Notes: generated by a model not told the origin, from the sequence alone. Shown: positions 11,891 to 24,133, counted from the whole stretch's first letter. The stretch: DNA of 63,843 nucleotides, filler included, from Octopus bimaculoides (GCF_001194135.2; 6 parts of 6 records of this genome joined end to end with filler, not necessarily neighbours in it), one strand, 5' to 3'. Numbers and translations are program-made.

Positions 11891-12140
11891 TGTTGGTTTT
11901 TTTTCTTCTTTCTTCAAATTTTCTTCCATTTCTCGCTGAGTGTTTTCCGTACACCTAGGGCAGAGAAACTCGTTGTATGCATTCCCAGTTTACACACACA
12001 AATTCACAGGTAAAACATGTATTTAAGAGAAAAAAAAAAAAATTAATGAATGTTGTTTTCACAGCGATAATGCTCTTCTCAGTACATGAGTCGTTCCAGT
12101 TAACACAAATTTTTGCACTTTCTGTAGGGATGGTAAGCCT
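11891..12140 (-). mobile_element. R4/Dong LINE 3' end, 5'-truncated, flanked by (TAA)n on both sides
   Basis: Minus strand GLPSLQKVQKFVLTGTTHVLRRALSL* (REL endonuclease C-terminus), then UTR and TAA tail. Confidence 0.75.
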
Positions 12141-12174
12141 ATTATTATTATCATCATCATCATCATCATCATCA

Positions 12175-12233
<59 letters not shown>
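12141..12233 (+). repeat. (TTA)n/(TCA)n compound microsatellite
   Basis: Direct reading. Confidence 0.95.
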
Positions 12234-12235
<2 letters not shown>

Positions 12236-12670
12236 GTCAGCAAGCTGGCAGAATCGTTAGCAGGCCGGGTAAAATGCTTAGCAGTATTTTGTCTGTCACT
12301 ACATTCTGAGTTTAAATTCCGCTGAGTTTGATTTTGCCTTTCATTCTTTTGGGGTCAATTAAATAAGTACTGGGGCTGATGTAATTGACATAATCCCTTC
12401 CTCCAAATTTCAGGTCTTGTGCCTACAGTATAAAGGATTATTATTATTAAGGCAGCAAGCTAGCAGAATCGTTAGCACACCAGGCCAAATGCTTAACAAT
12501 ATTTCTCCCATCGCTAGGTTCTGGATTCAAATTCCTCCAAGGTCGACTTTGCCTTTCACTCTTTTGGGATCGATAAATTAATAACCAGTGCAACACTGGG
12601 GTCAATGTAATCGACTAGTCCCCTCCCCCAAAATTCAGGTCTTGTGCCTTTAGTAGAAAAGATTATTATT
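12234..12670 (+). mobile_element. Two head-to-tail SINE family A copies (12234-12448 and 12449-12670)
   Basis: Each has a tRNA-like head (AGCTGGCAGAATCGTTAG...GAGTTCAAATTCC-like B box), the core and an (ATT)n tail. Confidence 0.88.
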
Positions 12671-12806
12671 ACTACTACTTCTATTAGTACTACTACTACT
12701 ATTATGATTTCGGTAATTTATAAAGATTGACATAACTCTACACGAAGGTAAATAGACTGTAAGAAGAGCATGATGCAATTTGCTATAGATTGTTTATTTA
12801 ATGGTT

Positions 12807-12986
12807 TGAACAATATTTCAACAGATTGTCTGTCTTCTTTGGGTTCAAAATGTGAAATGAAAATAACCACAGAAACACAGAAATTCAAAATATATTTTTT
12901 TATATTTTGAATTTGTGTTCCTGTGGTTATTTTCATTTCACATTTTGAACCCAAAGAAGACAGACAATCTGTTGAAATATTGTTCA
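12807..12986. repeat. Near-perfect long inverted repeat (88/86-bp arms, 6-nt loop)
   Basis: 12807-12894 pairs with 12901-12986 with one substitution and one 2-nt indel. Confidence 0.95.
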
Positions 12987-13115
12987 CTAGCAGTATAGCC
13001 TGGCTTTGCCCGGGATTAAGTTGGGATTATTAAGCTAATCAAGTTCTTTATTTCAAACCAAACTAAGTAACNNNNNNNNNNNNNNNNNNNNNNNNNNNNN
13101 NNNNNNNNNNNNNNN

Positions 13116-13127
13116 TTAATTAATTAA
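13116..13127. other. Artificial scaffold spacer TTAATTAATTAA (also at 27662, 34336, 56341, 61625)
   Basis: Each lies between two 44-N runs, giving exactly 100 bp; stops in all six frames. Confidence 0.95.
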
Positions 13128-13704
13128 NNNNNNNNNNNNNNNNNNNNNNNNNNNNNNNNNNNNNNNNNNNNTATGTGTGTGTGTGTATGTATGTATGTAT
13201 GTATAAAATTTGGGATTTTGCGGAGGGTCAAAATTGGTAACACTAACAGGACAGTGAAAGAGATGCTAAGCCTAAACGAGGTTGTGGTGGCGAACGTGAA
13301 AATCAAGTTTGGACAGGAGACAGACGAGAAAACATCTTCCTTGATCCACCTAAAACGGATGTATATGTATATATGCGTGTGTGTGTGTGTGTGTGTGTGT
13401 GTACATGTATATATATATATGCGTATATATACATATGTATATATATATATATATGTATGTATACATGTATATATATATATATATATGTAATATATATATT
13501 TATATATATATATATGTATGTATGTATGTATGCATATAATGAATCCAAAGAAAGAAGAACAAACAAGAAAAAAGTATAACGCTAGGACCTGGTTCAGGTA
13601 CTGCATTATCGGACGCTAACGAAGGGAAGGAAAAAGGATTTAACGTTTTCATACACACGCGCGCACACACACACATACACGCACGCACACATGTATATAT
13701 ACAT

Positions 13705-13751
<47 letters not shown>

Positions 13752-14450
13752 TATATACATACATATATATATATATATATATANNNNNNNNNNNNNNNNN
13801 NNNNNNNNNNNNNNNNNNNNNNNNNNNNNNNNNNNNNNNNNNNNNNNNNNNNNNNNNNNNNNNNNNNNNNNNNNNNNNNNNNNNNNNNNNNNNNNNNNNN
13901 NNNNNNNNNNNNNNNNNNNNNNNNNNNNNNNNNNNNNNNNNNNNNNNNNNNNNNNNNNNNNNNNNNNNNNNNNNNNNNNNNNNNNNNNNNNNNNNNNNNN
14001 NNNNNNNNNNNNNNNNNNNNNNNNNNNNNNNNNNNNNNNNNNNNNNNNNNNNNNNNNNNNNNNNNNNNNNNNNNNNNNNNNNNNNNNNNNNNNNNNNNNN
14101 NNNNNNNNNNNNNNNNNNNNNNNNNNNNNNNNNNNNNNNNNNNNNNNNNNNNNNNNNNNNNNNNNNNNNNNNNNNNNNNNNNNNNNNNNNNNNNNNNNNN
14201 NNNNNNNNNNNNNNNNNNNNNNNNNNNNNNNNNNNNNNNNNNNNNNNNNNNNNNNNNNNNNNNNNNNNNNNNNNNNNNNNNNNNNNNNNNNNNNNNNNNN
14301 NNNNNNNNNNNNNNNNNNNNNNNNNNNNNNNNNNNNNNNNNNNNNNNNNNNNNNNNNNNNNNNNNNNNNNNNNNNNNNNNNNNNNNNNNNNNNNNNNNNN
14401 NNNNNNNNNNNNNNNNNNNNNNNNNNNNNNNNNNNNNNNNNNNNNNNNNN

Positions 14451-14815
14451 GAATGATTGTGTTGTTGCTGGGTAGTTGTCAATGCTAGTGTGATGTGGCT
14501 TGGTGTGGTGTGGTGATGTGTGGTGTGGTGTTGGTGCTGGGAAGTGTTCAGTGCTAGTGTGTGTGCGGTGTGGTGCGATGTGGTTTGGCGGTATGGCGTG
14601 CTGCTGTGTATTGTTTTGTGTTGTGTTTTGGCTTGGTGTGGTGTGGTGTGGTGTGGTGGTGTATGGTGTTGAGTGGTGTGGCATTATATGATGCGGTGGT
14701 GTGTGGTGTGGGGTTTTGGGATGCAATGATTGAATGTGAGGATGTGAGGGTGAGGTGTGGGTTTGGGGTGGGGATGTGGAGATAAGGTGGGGTGTGTGTG
14801 TGTGTGTGTGTGTGC
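14451..14815 (+). repeat. Degenerate (TGTGG)n pentanucleotide satellite
   Basis: Direct reading; grades into (TG)n. Confidence 0.85.
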
Positions 14816-15410
14816 GTGCTTCTCCAATAATGATCACTCTCATTAAATCAGATCTTTAATGAAACGAAGTCTCTCAGGTTTTTTCTTATCAGACCTAAGA
14901 AAGTTTAGGGAGCAAAATTCGTAGAAATCTAAGGGCAACTTTTTAAAGTATCAACATGTTTCGACCGGTTTAGAAATTTCTACATAATTCATAACATTAA
15001 ATTTGCAATGGAAATTCAATATACGGACCACATGGCAGCAGCCGGATACATTGCCGAAAAAAAATAATACAGGATGCAGTGATCGTTATGAATAAATTTT
15101 AAATAGTGTCGAAATGGAATTATTCTTGATCAGAGACTAATTATCATCTAATATATCACATATTGTACTGAAATGAGGCTTGTGCCTTGAAATTAAAATC
15201 TATGTAAATCGATAAATCAAAATCCCCAACTGCTCTAAAAGAGTTCAGCAAAAATTCCAAAAACAATTTTTATCAATTCCATAAAAGAACTTGGGTGAAA
15301 ATATTGTAATTTGAAGATAAGACAAATTCTTATAAGTGTGATACGTCGCGAAGATGATTTAAATCTGTAAATATAGATTGTATAAGTTTATTAATTGTAC
15401 CGTATTTAAT

Positions 15411-15795
15411 AAGGAGTGGCTGTGAGATAAGAAGATGGATGCAAACGTGGGTGCGTGGTAAGAAACTTCCTTCTCAATCACATGGTTGCGTGTCCCTTCG
15501 GGCAAGTCTTTTCTACTATATCCTCGGAACACTCAAAAGATTGTGAGTGGATTTGATAGACGGAATCTGAAAGAAGCCCGTCGTATATATATGTATGTAT
15601 GCATATATTTGTGTGTGCGTCTGAGTGAGTATCTTTGTGTCTGTTTTTAGGCTGTAACTTAGCTGTTCGGCAAGGACCAATAGAATAAGTACCAGGTTTT
15701 CAAAAATTAAATAATGGACTCGATATATTTGACTAGACAAGTCATCAAGGTGATGCTTCAGCGTGGCTGCAATCTAATGACTGAAACAGGTAGAG
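15411..15795 (+). mobile_element. SINE family B (tRNA head, CORE-like box, internal microsatellite), degenerate
   Basis: AGGAGTGGCTGTG head; GGGCAAGTCTTTTCTACTATA core; 3' end TAATGACTGAAACA. Confidence 0.75.
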
Positions 15796-15999
15796 CTACA
15801 AGACCAAAAGTCATGTCATAAAATAAGTTTGGTGACTTACGTTAAGATGACAAGGTTGTATGTTACTCAAGAAAAAAATACTTAATTTTTGCAAAACATG
15901 AACAGGTGAGGACAAGAACATTCAAGGCGAATTATTCATGCGAAACGTCCGACTAGGGAATTGGATAAAAGTACTTAATCTTAAGAGTTTGAGGGAAAA

Positions 16000-16400
16000 A
16001 AATTATGTACAAAAAGTGCATCAGAAAGTATCAATAAAGCGAGATTAGAGCTTACAGCAGAAGAACCTATCAGACTGGAGACTGATGTAGCAGATGCTAT
16101 AGTGAAAATATTTCAATTTCGTTTACACTTGGGAAAGTGTAGAACGGTCGACTGTATGTTAGAGAAATAATTGATTCGTATGATGTGAGCAGAATCGTAT
16201 ATATAATGAGAATATTGGTCAACAAAGAACTGATGAAACAGAGACGCAAGGGAAAAAATTCTCAATTAAAGGAAACTAGATGCTAATTTTAGAATTTTTG
16301 AAGCTGGAAAGCAGGTGATAATGGATGCGGATTTGAATCTAGAAAGAGCAACGCAAGTCATAAGACAAGTTGAAAGTGAATTCAGCTGCTATAGGGTCAT
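16000..16400 (+). pseudogene. Possible ancient Gypsy gag remnant
   Basis: MDADLNLERATQVIRQVES resembles the LTLEKA gag motif; otherwise heavily decayed. Confidence 0.3.
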
Positions 16401-17244
16401 ACAAAAAAGAGAAGAAAAATCGATACTCACTTCCCTTTGACTTTATTTAAAAAGATAGTAAAAACATTTAATTTTCTTTTGCATATGCTGATGCAATCGA
16501 TTAACTAGTACAACATAAAACTGAGTCCATTTCATTTACTTCCTTTTTTATTTATATCGATCTTCAAACGCTCTTTTCCGTGTTAAATTTCGGAAAATTA
16601 AAAATTTAGTATTTGTCAAATTCCAGGCATCAGTTGATGGTTTTTGTATTTATATGTTCGTATACCGCGTTTCCGAATATTGCAGTAGTTTTTCAGATAC
16701 GCATTATTCACAGTAACATGGGTTTTCATGCACTCAAAAAAAAAAACACATATATGCACACACACACACACACACACATACACACTCGTATATATATACA
16801 CACACAGATATATGTGTGTGTGCATATACAAGTGCGCAAAAACTCAAGACTATATATGTATACTTATCTACCAATGTATCTATGTTATCACGTTTTGTAT
16901 CTATACACTCACATATATATATACACACACATGTACATACATGCACAGTTATATATGTGTCTTTGTGTGTGTGTGTGTGGGTGTGTGTGTGTGTGTGTGT
17001 GCGTGTGTGTGTGAAGATAAATATGTAAGCGTTTTCCTCTCCCATCTCATTCTCTGTATGTATGCATGATGTAGCTACTGAGAACCTAATACCAGGAGAG
17101 TTGTTTCTTTTCGATGAATACGAATAAAAAGGTTATGAATTTACTTGATTGTCTTGAATCTAAACAAAATAAGACTCGCGTTAGAACCTACCGTTCAACA
17201 ACAGTCTCTACTTGTAGATGTTATAATGAATCTTTTATCTTTTA

Positions 17245-17670
17245 CTTGTTTTAGTCATTGGAATGTTGGAGCAGCGCCTTGAAGAATTTGTAGTCGAATA
17301 AATCGACCACAGGATTTTTTCTTTTGTAAAGTCTGGTAGTTTTATTTGTTTCAGACATTTGACTGCAGCAATGCTAGAGCACTGCCTTGAAGGGTTTTAG
17401 TTGAAGAAATCGACCCCAGGACTTATTTCTTAAGCTCATTCTATCGGTGTATTTTGCTGAAACGCTCAGTTATGGCGACTTAAACACACCAACACTGGTT
17501 GTCAACCGGTAATGGGAGGGCAAACACAGACACAAAATCCCACACATAGGTGTATATACTCAATGGGCTGCTTTCAATTTCCGCCTACTAAATCCACTAC
17601 CAAGGTTTTGGTCCATCCTAGGCTATAGTAGAAAACACTTACTGAAGGTGTGACGTAGTGGACTTAGCCA
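17245..17670 (-). mobile_element. SINE family B fragments
   Basis: TTTTACTTGTTTTAGTCATT and TCAGACATTTGACTGCAGCAATGCT 3' ends plus body. Confidence 0.75.
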
Positions 17671-17699
17671 TGTACACACACATAATTTAAAGTGATTCG

Positions 17700-18250
17700 A
17701 TGCATTGGAAATTTTGAGGAAAGTGATTAAATGATGAACGTAATTTTCCTATAAGCCTACGAACGATATTCTTCAGGAAAATAAGAAGTTGAAAAGGGTG
17801 CTTACCAGAATTAATAACTGTTAACAGGTAACCCTTGAAAGATTTTAGCTTCATAGTAAAGATGCAACTAAATGTGACACTGTTATGACCCAATGAATTT
17901 TATAAATGGAACACACAGCATTGCAAGTATACCTTACGTCATTAGAATGCTTTAATGTTTTTCACCAAGAAATTGAGTACCTTGTTAAGTGTTTCAACAG
18001 TTATGTATGTGTAATTCGTATGTACACTAGAGAATTGTTTAATTCCCTGGTCAATGGCGTCCGCAGTATAGAAAACTGACAAATAGTCATCGTGTAGAAT
18101 TTATGATTAGCCGAATCACTATAAATAGGGAACGCGTTCATAAATTTGCATTTGCTCCACTGATAAAGGCGAAGATTATACGAAACATTAATCTTAATAT
18201 TTTGGACAATTTTAATAAGATATTTAATTCATACAAAGACGGACTGCATT
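17700..18250 (-). pseudogene. Possible ancient Penelope-like RT remnant
   Basis: ITVETLNKVLNFLVKNIKAF*..KVYLQ..SLG resembles PLE RT motifs. Confidence 0.35.
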
Positions 18251-18375
18251 GTTCATTACTGTATTTAAGCGTACAGCTTGGCGCTGCACAGATATACATC
18301 TATCTATATTATATTATATGCATATATTTTATGTGTGTGTATGCATATTTGTACATGTATATATAAACATGTGTG

Positions 18376-18409
<34 letters not shown>

Positions 18410-18909
18410 NNNNNNNNNNNNNNNNNNNNNNNNNNNNNNNNNNNNNNNNNNNNNNNNNNNNNNNNNNNNNNNNNNNNNNTATATATATGCCTGTTTGCAT
18501 ATGTGCGTACAAAATTTCAATATTTCATGTAACTGGCAGTGATATATTATATTATTTTGGCAGAGATCCATTCACGCTGGGATAAATATCGTGCAGAATA
18601 AACCATTGCAGAAGAACTGAAGGGAAAGTACACATTAAACACGAAGGACGAAGGCTCGAATATTTTAAGCATAGGTATCCGCAATCCATGAGGAACATTT
18701 TTGGGCTAATTATGAACGACAAAATTAACAGCCATTAGACGTGCCGGACACTTTAAAATAAATTGTCATTTAAATATAATTACGATGCAGGGAGTATACT
18801 TTGGGATTTCAAAATATTTGAAAAGTTTTTTTAAACAAAAATAATATATACTCGGAGTTTCGTGCAATATTTTATAGATTGCATAAAAGGATATCTACTA
18901 GATTATGGC

Positions 18910-19340
18910 TGGTTTACTCAAAGTAGCTGCACTCAGCTTCCTTTACAAAACTGATAAAGTCGTAGAAATCCACTTGATTCTTTCCGTAGGTGTGGCAAAG
19001 AGTCGAATCCTGTTGTCATACAGGTATCCTTCCAGCAGCAACCCTCTCTAGCTAGTGTTTGACCATTGGCTCCAGCGGCTGTATAAATCCATCTGATATG
19101 AATGCTGGCGTGCTGGTTCAAACAAAACGCCTGATGCGTTCCTTCTAGTTGGCTAGGGTTAAATAGTCCTCTGTGCAATTGTCCATGTCACATCTTACAG
19201 CCTTTACAATGTTCACAGAGCATTGAGCAGCAGTCACAATACCTGCATTTTGATAGCAGCTTGAATCATCACGATACAAGTAACTCTTTTCCAATAATCA
19301 ACTGGCTTTCAGTTCTCTACGTTAGGTAACGTTTTCTCAA
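18910..19340 (-). mobile_element. Tc1/mariner (maT/DD37D-like) transposase remnant, internally deleted
   Basis: VKH*LERVAAGRIPV*QQDSTLCHT resembles WIERVAAGRPYVWQQDSAPCHT. Confidence 0.6.
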
Positions 19341-19874
19341 CTACTTAACCTTAATCTTTAGGCTCCTCAAATCCGTTCCTGAATAAGAAAGAAAAGAAAA
19401 AAAGAAGGCATAAAAATCATTAAATTTATCCCGAAAACCACACATAAATACAGGCAAATGAAGACATATATGACTATTGAGTATATATATAGAATAGCAC
19501 TGCGTGTACTATACTTGGTTCCATTAATTGTTACTACTCTTGAAGTTGTACGACAAAAGATGTTATACATCCTTCTCGTTATATGGTGTTTAAAGCATGC
19601 ATGCAGCACGCACATACGTGCACTCGCATTCAGGCACAGGCACACACGCATGCGTGGGTGAGTAGGAATAAGATATATGGAAATGTACATACATAAATAC
19701 ATTCAAGCACAGATACAATCAAACATATAAGAGCTTGGATACGTAGGTCAAGCGGAGTTTCCGTGGTTGTTATGTTTTACTGTTCTTGTTAATAATAAAA
19801 AATATAATAACAAAGCATTATCATTATTATTCAGTGGTTATTTTTATCACGTGCTTTCAGTGCACTTTTTTATT

Positions 19875-20085
19875 ATTGCGGTGAGCTGGCAGATTCATTG
19901 ACACACCCTACGAATTGCTTAGCGGTAATTCGCTCGTCGCTACGCTCTGAATTCAAATTCCGCTGAGGTCGACTCTACCTTTCGTTTTGGGGGTCGATAA
20001 ATTAAGTACCAGTTGAGTATTGGGGTCGATGTAATCGACTATCTCTCTCCTCCAATTTAAATGCCTTCTGCCTGTAATAGAGAGG

Positions 20086-20134
<49 letters not shown>

Positions 20135-20154
20135 GTAGTATTATTATTATTATT
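19875..20154 (+). mobile_element. SINE family A with long (ATT)n tail
   Basis: GCGGTGAGCTGGCAGA head, core, AGAGGATTATTATT tail. Confidence 0.85.
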
Positions 20155-20400
20155 TAGTAGTCTTATTTTTATCACGTGATTTCACTGCACTACCGAGTGC
20201 AGCTCTGTGCGCCTTGCGTATGTGCTGTGGTTTGTTGTGATGCTCTTATTTTTACTGTACTGAAAGTGTTTTACGTAGGATGTGTGCGGTGCCTAATAGT
20301 GTTATTTTCTGTATGCTATATATATATATACTTATTAATCCTTGTGCTTTTGTTATGTATTTGTCTGAATAACTTTGTATCATACCTAATGCGCCTATTG
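20155..20400 (-). mobile_element. R4/Dong LINE 3' end (UTR type 1)
   Basis: IGALGMIQ...IQKITLLGTAHILRKTLSVQ*; the same UTR occurs at 61681-61781 and as a remnant at 19830-19865. Confidence 0.85.
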
Positions 20401-20433
20401 TTGTTGTTGTTGTTACTACTACTACTACTACTA

Positions 20434-20500
<67 letters not shown>

Positions 20501-21243
20501 ACTGATATACACTCAATAGATTAGACTGTTGGAATAGAAAAATCCTCAACATCGGGCTACGACAAGTAACCATAGATGCCAAGAAGCTTCCTATCGGGCT
20601 ATAACAAGTAACTTTAGATGGCAAGAACCCTCCTAAGTATCCTAGCTATCTCTAATAACAATGTTTTCTGCAGCTGTACTAACCTGGATTTTATAACCAT
20701 TTCCTCTATTTATCTGTTCAGATCTTTAGGGCTAGTTGACAATAAAACTTATAACTACTGAGATACATTTTACTCGCACTTTCCATTGTCTCTATAATTC
20801 AATAGCTATGTCCTGGTACTTTGCTATGTTTCTATACTTCTCATATTATTGTTTTCATCATTCCGGACTGTAAAGTTAATTATCTGGCACTTTCTATTCT
20901 CTTTATCTCCTACTACCAAATGAGGCCTTCTAGCTTCTATTACTCTATCAGTCTAAATGTTAAAGTCCCACAGCATCTTATATTTTGCACTTTCTAGTAC
21001 TTTGCTAGGTTTATATTCATACCATTTATCAGTATGTACAAATCATAGCTTTCTACTTACAACCCAGTGGATTACTCTCCTTAGATTGTCAAGTCTTTTC
21101 TTGTATTCTTTCTGTGCCAGCATGCTTCATTCACGTACTATATGAGTAGCGCTTTCCTCTTTTGATTTGCATAATCTACATTGGGAATCTACTTGATTTT
21201 TCTCTATCTTGGCTTTTATCCATTTAGTCCTTAATGCCTGATC
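20501..21243 (-). mobile_element. R4/Dong LINE 3' portion (UTR type 2): CCHC knuckle and REL endonuclease
   Basis: QALRTKW...CRLCKSKEESATHIV; DKWYEYKP; ARRPH; KYQD; LQKTLLLEIARILRRVL. Confidence 0.88.
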
Positions 21244-21267
21244 TATTTATTATCACCATCATTACTA

Positions 21268-21329
<62 letters not shown>

Positions 21330-21330
21330 T

Positions 21331-22340
21331 TATGTTTGACTTTTGTTTTGCATTTGTACAAGTTGGATCCAAGTCTCACCCAGAGACCTCAAGAGACAAC
21401 AAGTTAGAAGTTCATGTAGGTGTTATGGCTAGGGTACCATATATTTGGNNNNNNNNNNNNNNNNNNNNNNNNNNNNNNNNNNNNNNNNNNNNNNNNNNNN
21501 NNNNNNNNNNNNNNNNNNNNNNNNNNNNNNNNNNNNNNNNNNNNNNNNNNNNNNNNNNNNNNNNNNNNNNNNNNNNNNNNNNNNNNNNNNNNNNNNNNNN
21601 NNNNNNNNNNNNNNNNNNNNNNNNNNNNNNNNNNNNNNNNNNNNNNNNNNNNNNNNNNNNNNNNNNNNNNNNNNNNNNNNNNNNNNNNNNNNNNNNNNNN
21701 NNNNNNNNNNNNNNNNNNNNNNNNNNNNNNNNNNNNNNNNNNNNNNNNNNNNNNNNNNNNNNNNNNNNNNNNNNNNNNNNNNNNNNNNNNNNNNNNNNNN
21801 NNNNNNNNNNNNNNNNNNNNNNNNNNNNNNNNNNNNNNNNNNNNNNNNNNNNNNNNNNNNNNNNNNNNNNNNNNNNNNNNNNNNNNNNNNNNNNNNNNNN
21901 NNNNNNNNNNNNNNNNNNNNNNNNNNNNNNNNNNNNNNNNNNNNNNNNNNNNNNNNNNNNNNNNNNNNNNNNNNNNNNNNNNNNNNNNNNNNNNNNNNNN
22001 NNNNNNNNAGATACGTGTATATCGATTGGGACAGTCATATCAATGAGGAGGCATGATTTTTGTCTGAAGTCTTTCAGTATGATGTCTGGCCTATTTGCGT
22101 CTATCTTTCTGTCAGTTTGAATGGTGAAGTTCCAGAGGAGTGCAACGTGATCATTTTCAAGTACTGGGGGTGGTTTGTGTTCCCACCAGTTTTTATCATG
22201 GGGCAAGTCCATGTTTTTGCATATTACCCAGTGAATATATTGTGCAGCTCTATCATGCCTGTTAAGATACTCTGTAGGCGCAAGCAGACTACACATGGAG
22301 ACAACATGATCGATGGTCTCATTTTGTTGTTGAGCAGGGC
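21331..22340 (-). mobile_element. R4/Dong LINE 3' portion (UTR type 3), spans an N gap
   Basis: ETIDHVVSMC; RHDRAAQYIHW; ANRPDIILKD..LIDMTVP (PD-(D/E)xK); (TAA)n tail. Confidence 0.9.
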
Positions 22341-22767
22341 ATGCCATCAAAGTGAGACTGGGATAAAATATACGAATCCCATTATACCCATCATGACTAC
22401 CCATCTGATAAGGGTACAACATGCACAAGTATCACAACCAAATGTGCGCCACATGGTGATCTAATATCAAGATTAGCAGAAAATGACCTTGCAGGTGGAG
22501 TCCAGTTAGAATTCTCTTCAGGTAGAGTAGCCCATCCCACTCAAAAGGTCCCTGGATAAAAGTTATTGAAGATGCTGGAATAAACACCCATATTTCCAGG
22601 GGTAAATTACCGAAACTCCAAATAATTCCTCTCAACACATGACTATAATGGTCCCCTACTACTTCTGCTCGTGGTCAGAGAGGCATATATCGTCAGCCAC
22701 TAAAGGACTTGCTCAAATGGTTAAGGTCAACAATTGCCAAACAAATCTGTGGTATTGAGCAGTATTC
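22341..22767 (+). repeat. Unclassified interspersed repeat fragment
   Basis: Non-coding and resembles a cephalopod retroposon body as I recall it; unverified. Confidence 0.4.
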
Positions 22768-22792
22768 ATTATTATTATTATTATTATTATTA

Positions 22793-22836
<44 letters not shown>

Positions 22837-23149
22837 GCTATTGTTGTTGTCGCCTTGGCTGGACGTGTTTCTTGATCTCTCCGAAAAAAATATTAATTGA
22901 TGTGGTTCTTGAATTTTGTTGACTCTTTTCTTGAACTGATTAGTTTTCTGAACACCTTTCATTATAAAGAAGGAGTTCCTTTGCTAAAAGTTCCCTCTTT
23001 TAAGCGTGAATGTGAATTTGGGACGTTTGATCCTTTTTTACGCCCCAGAATTTTGCTTGTTTTTCGTTTTCACGAAAAACAATATGTAGTCTGACTTGGA
23101 GGGGAGTGTTTATGGCTGTTGTAACAGCCAGTACACTGTTGATTTAACC

Positions 23150-23895
23150 CTCTTCATAGCGCTAGCACGAGCAGCAATACCATCAACATCACCACCATCA
23201 ACAACAACAACAACAACAACAAAGAAAATATTCAAAATGAAAACAATGAAATCACCACTAACTCCACCACTATGAACAGACAAAAAAAAAGAAGCAAACG
23301 ACAACAAAACGAAAATCACGGATACTACAACCACCGACGCAAACTCAAATGAGAAATATAATGTTACTGGTTTCGCTTCGGTGGCGAGGCAAACCAAAGT
23401 AAAATGTAGTTTTTAAACTGAACGAATTGAAAATTGCAAAGGAATTGTTGGGGAGGGATGGAAACGAAGTCCTCCTTAACACTCAACAGGATTTAATTAG
23501 AGACATTAACAAAAGCAGTCACCCATAAATGTATAAACATAAAGAAGAGGAAATTAGAAGATGCTACTCAACAGCAGCTGGAAGCGATACTGAAACATAT
23601 ATGGAACATGAAAGCGTATGTGAGACGGGGTAAAAGTTTTGGCAGCGTCAATTCTCATTTTCCTACAGATCAAGAAGCTAAACAACATTCTAGAGCTCCC
23701 CTAAAGACAGAAGATTTTATGCTCATTCCAACATATATGGGTAGCCGCATCACGAAAAAAAAAAATTTTGGAACGTCCCCCAGAAATAAATATATGCTGG
23801 CTGGTGGCGACAGTCCTACTAGACATATAGGAGACCACCACCATCTAGGAGGAGGTGCAGAAACTGCAACAGCAGAACTGGACGGATCAGGAGAT
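23150..23895 (+). pseudogene. Probable LINE ORF1 (Tx1/L1-like) fragment
   Basis: FASVARQ motif, KKRKLED, then PPEINICWLVATVL; frameshifted; family call from recall. Confidence 0.4.
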
Positions 23896-24133
23896 GGATT
23901 TGATCGCACTGAATCATTTCATCCCTCAAGATTTTGCAATTTTCATTCTCGGTGATCCCTCTGGAGTTTGCTCATACCACGTCTTTGCTCATTGTAGGCC
24001 GTGATTTCCACAGTGCTCCCAATGGATCATTCTAGCGCCACATTTCCAAGTCGTCTTTTCTATTCTCGTTGTGCCAATTTCGGGCACTTACGTTGTGTCA
24101 TAGCGTTTCACCTCTCTCGCCATACGTTCTGCA
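23895..24133 (-). mobile_element. R4/Dong CCHC-REL fragment
   Basis: CRTYGERGETL*H..CPKLAQRE*KRR..VARMIHW..KTWYEQTPEGITENENCKIL. Confidence 0.8.

Noticed and set aside
13116-13127. Recurrent TTAATTAATTAA 12-mer (five times)
   Set aside because: Always centred in 44N+12+44N, so it is an artificial scaffolding spacer rather than a biological motif
13124-14843. Long ORFs rich in YI, HT, CV or X (also at 16613-17069, 25824-26685, 51963-53660, 58070-59109)
   Set aside because: Translations of dinucleotide/tetranucleotide repeats and N gaps
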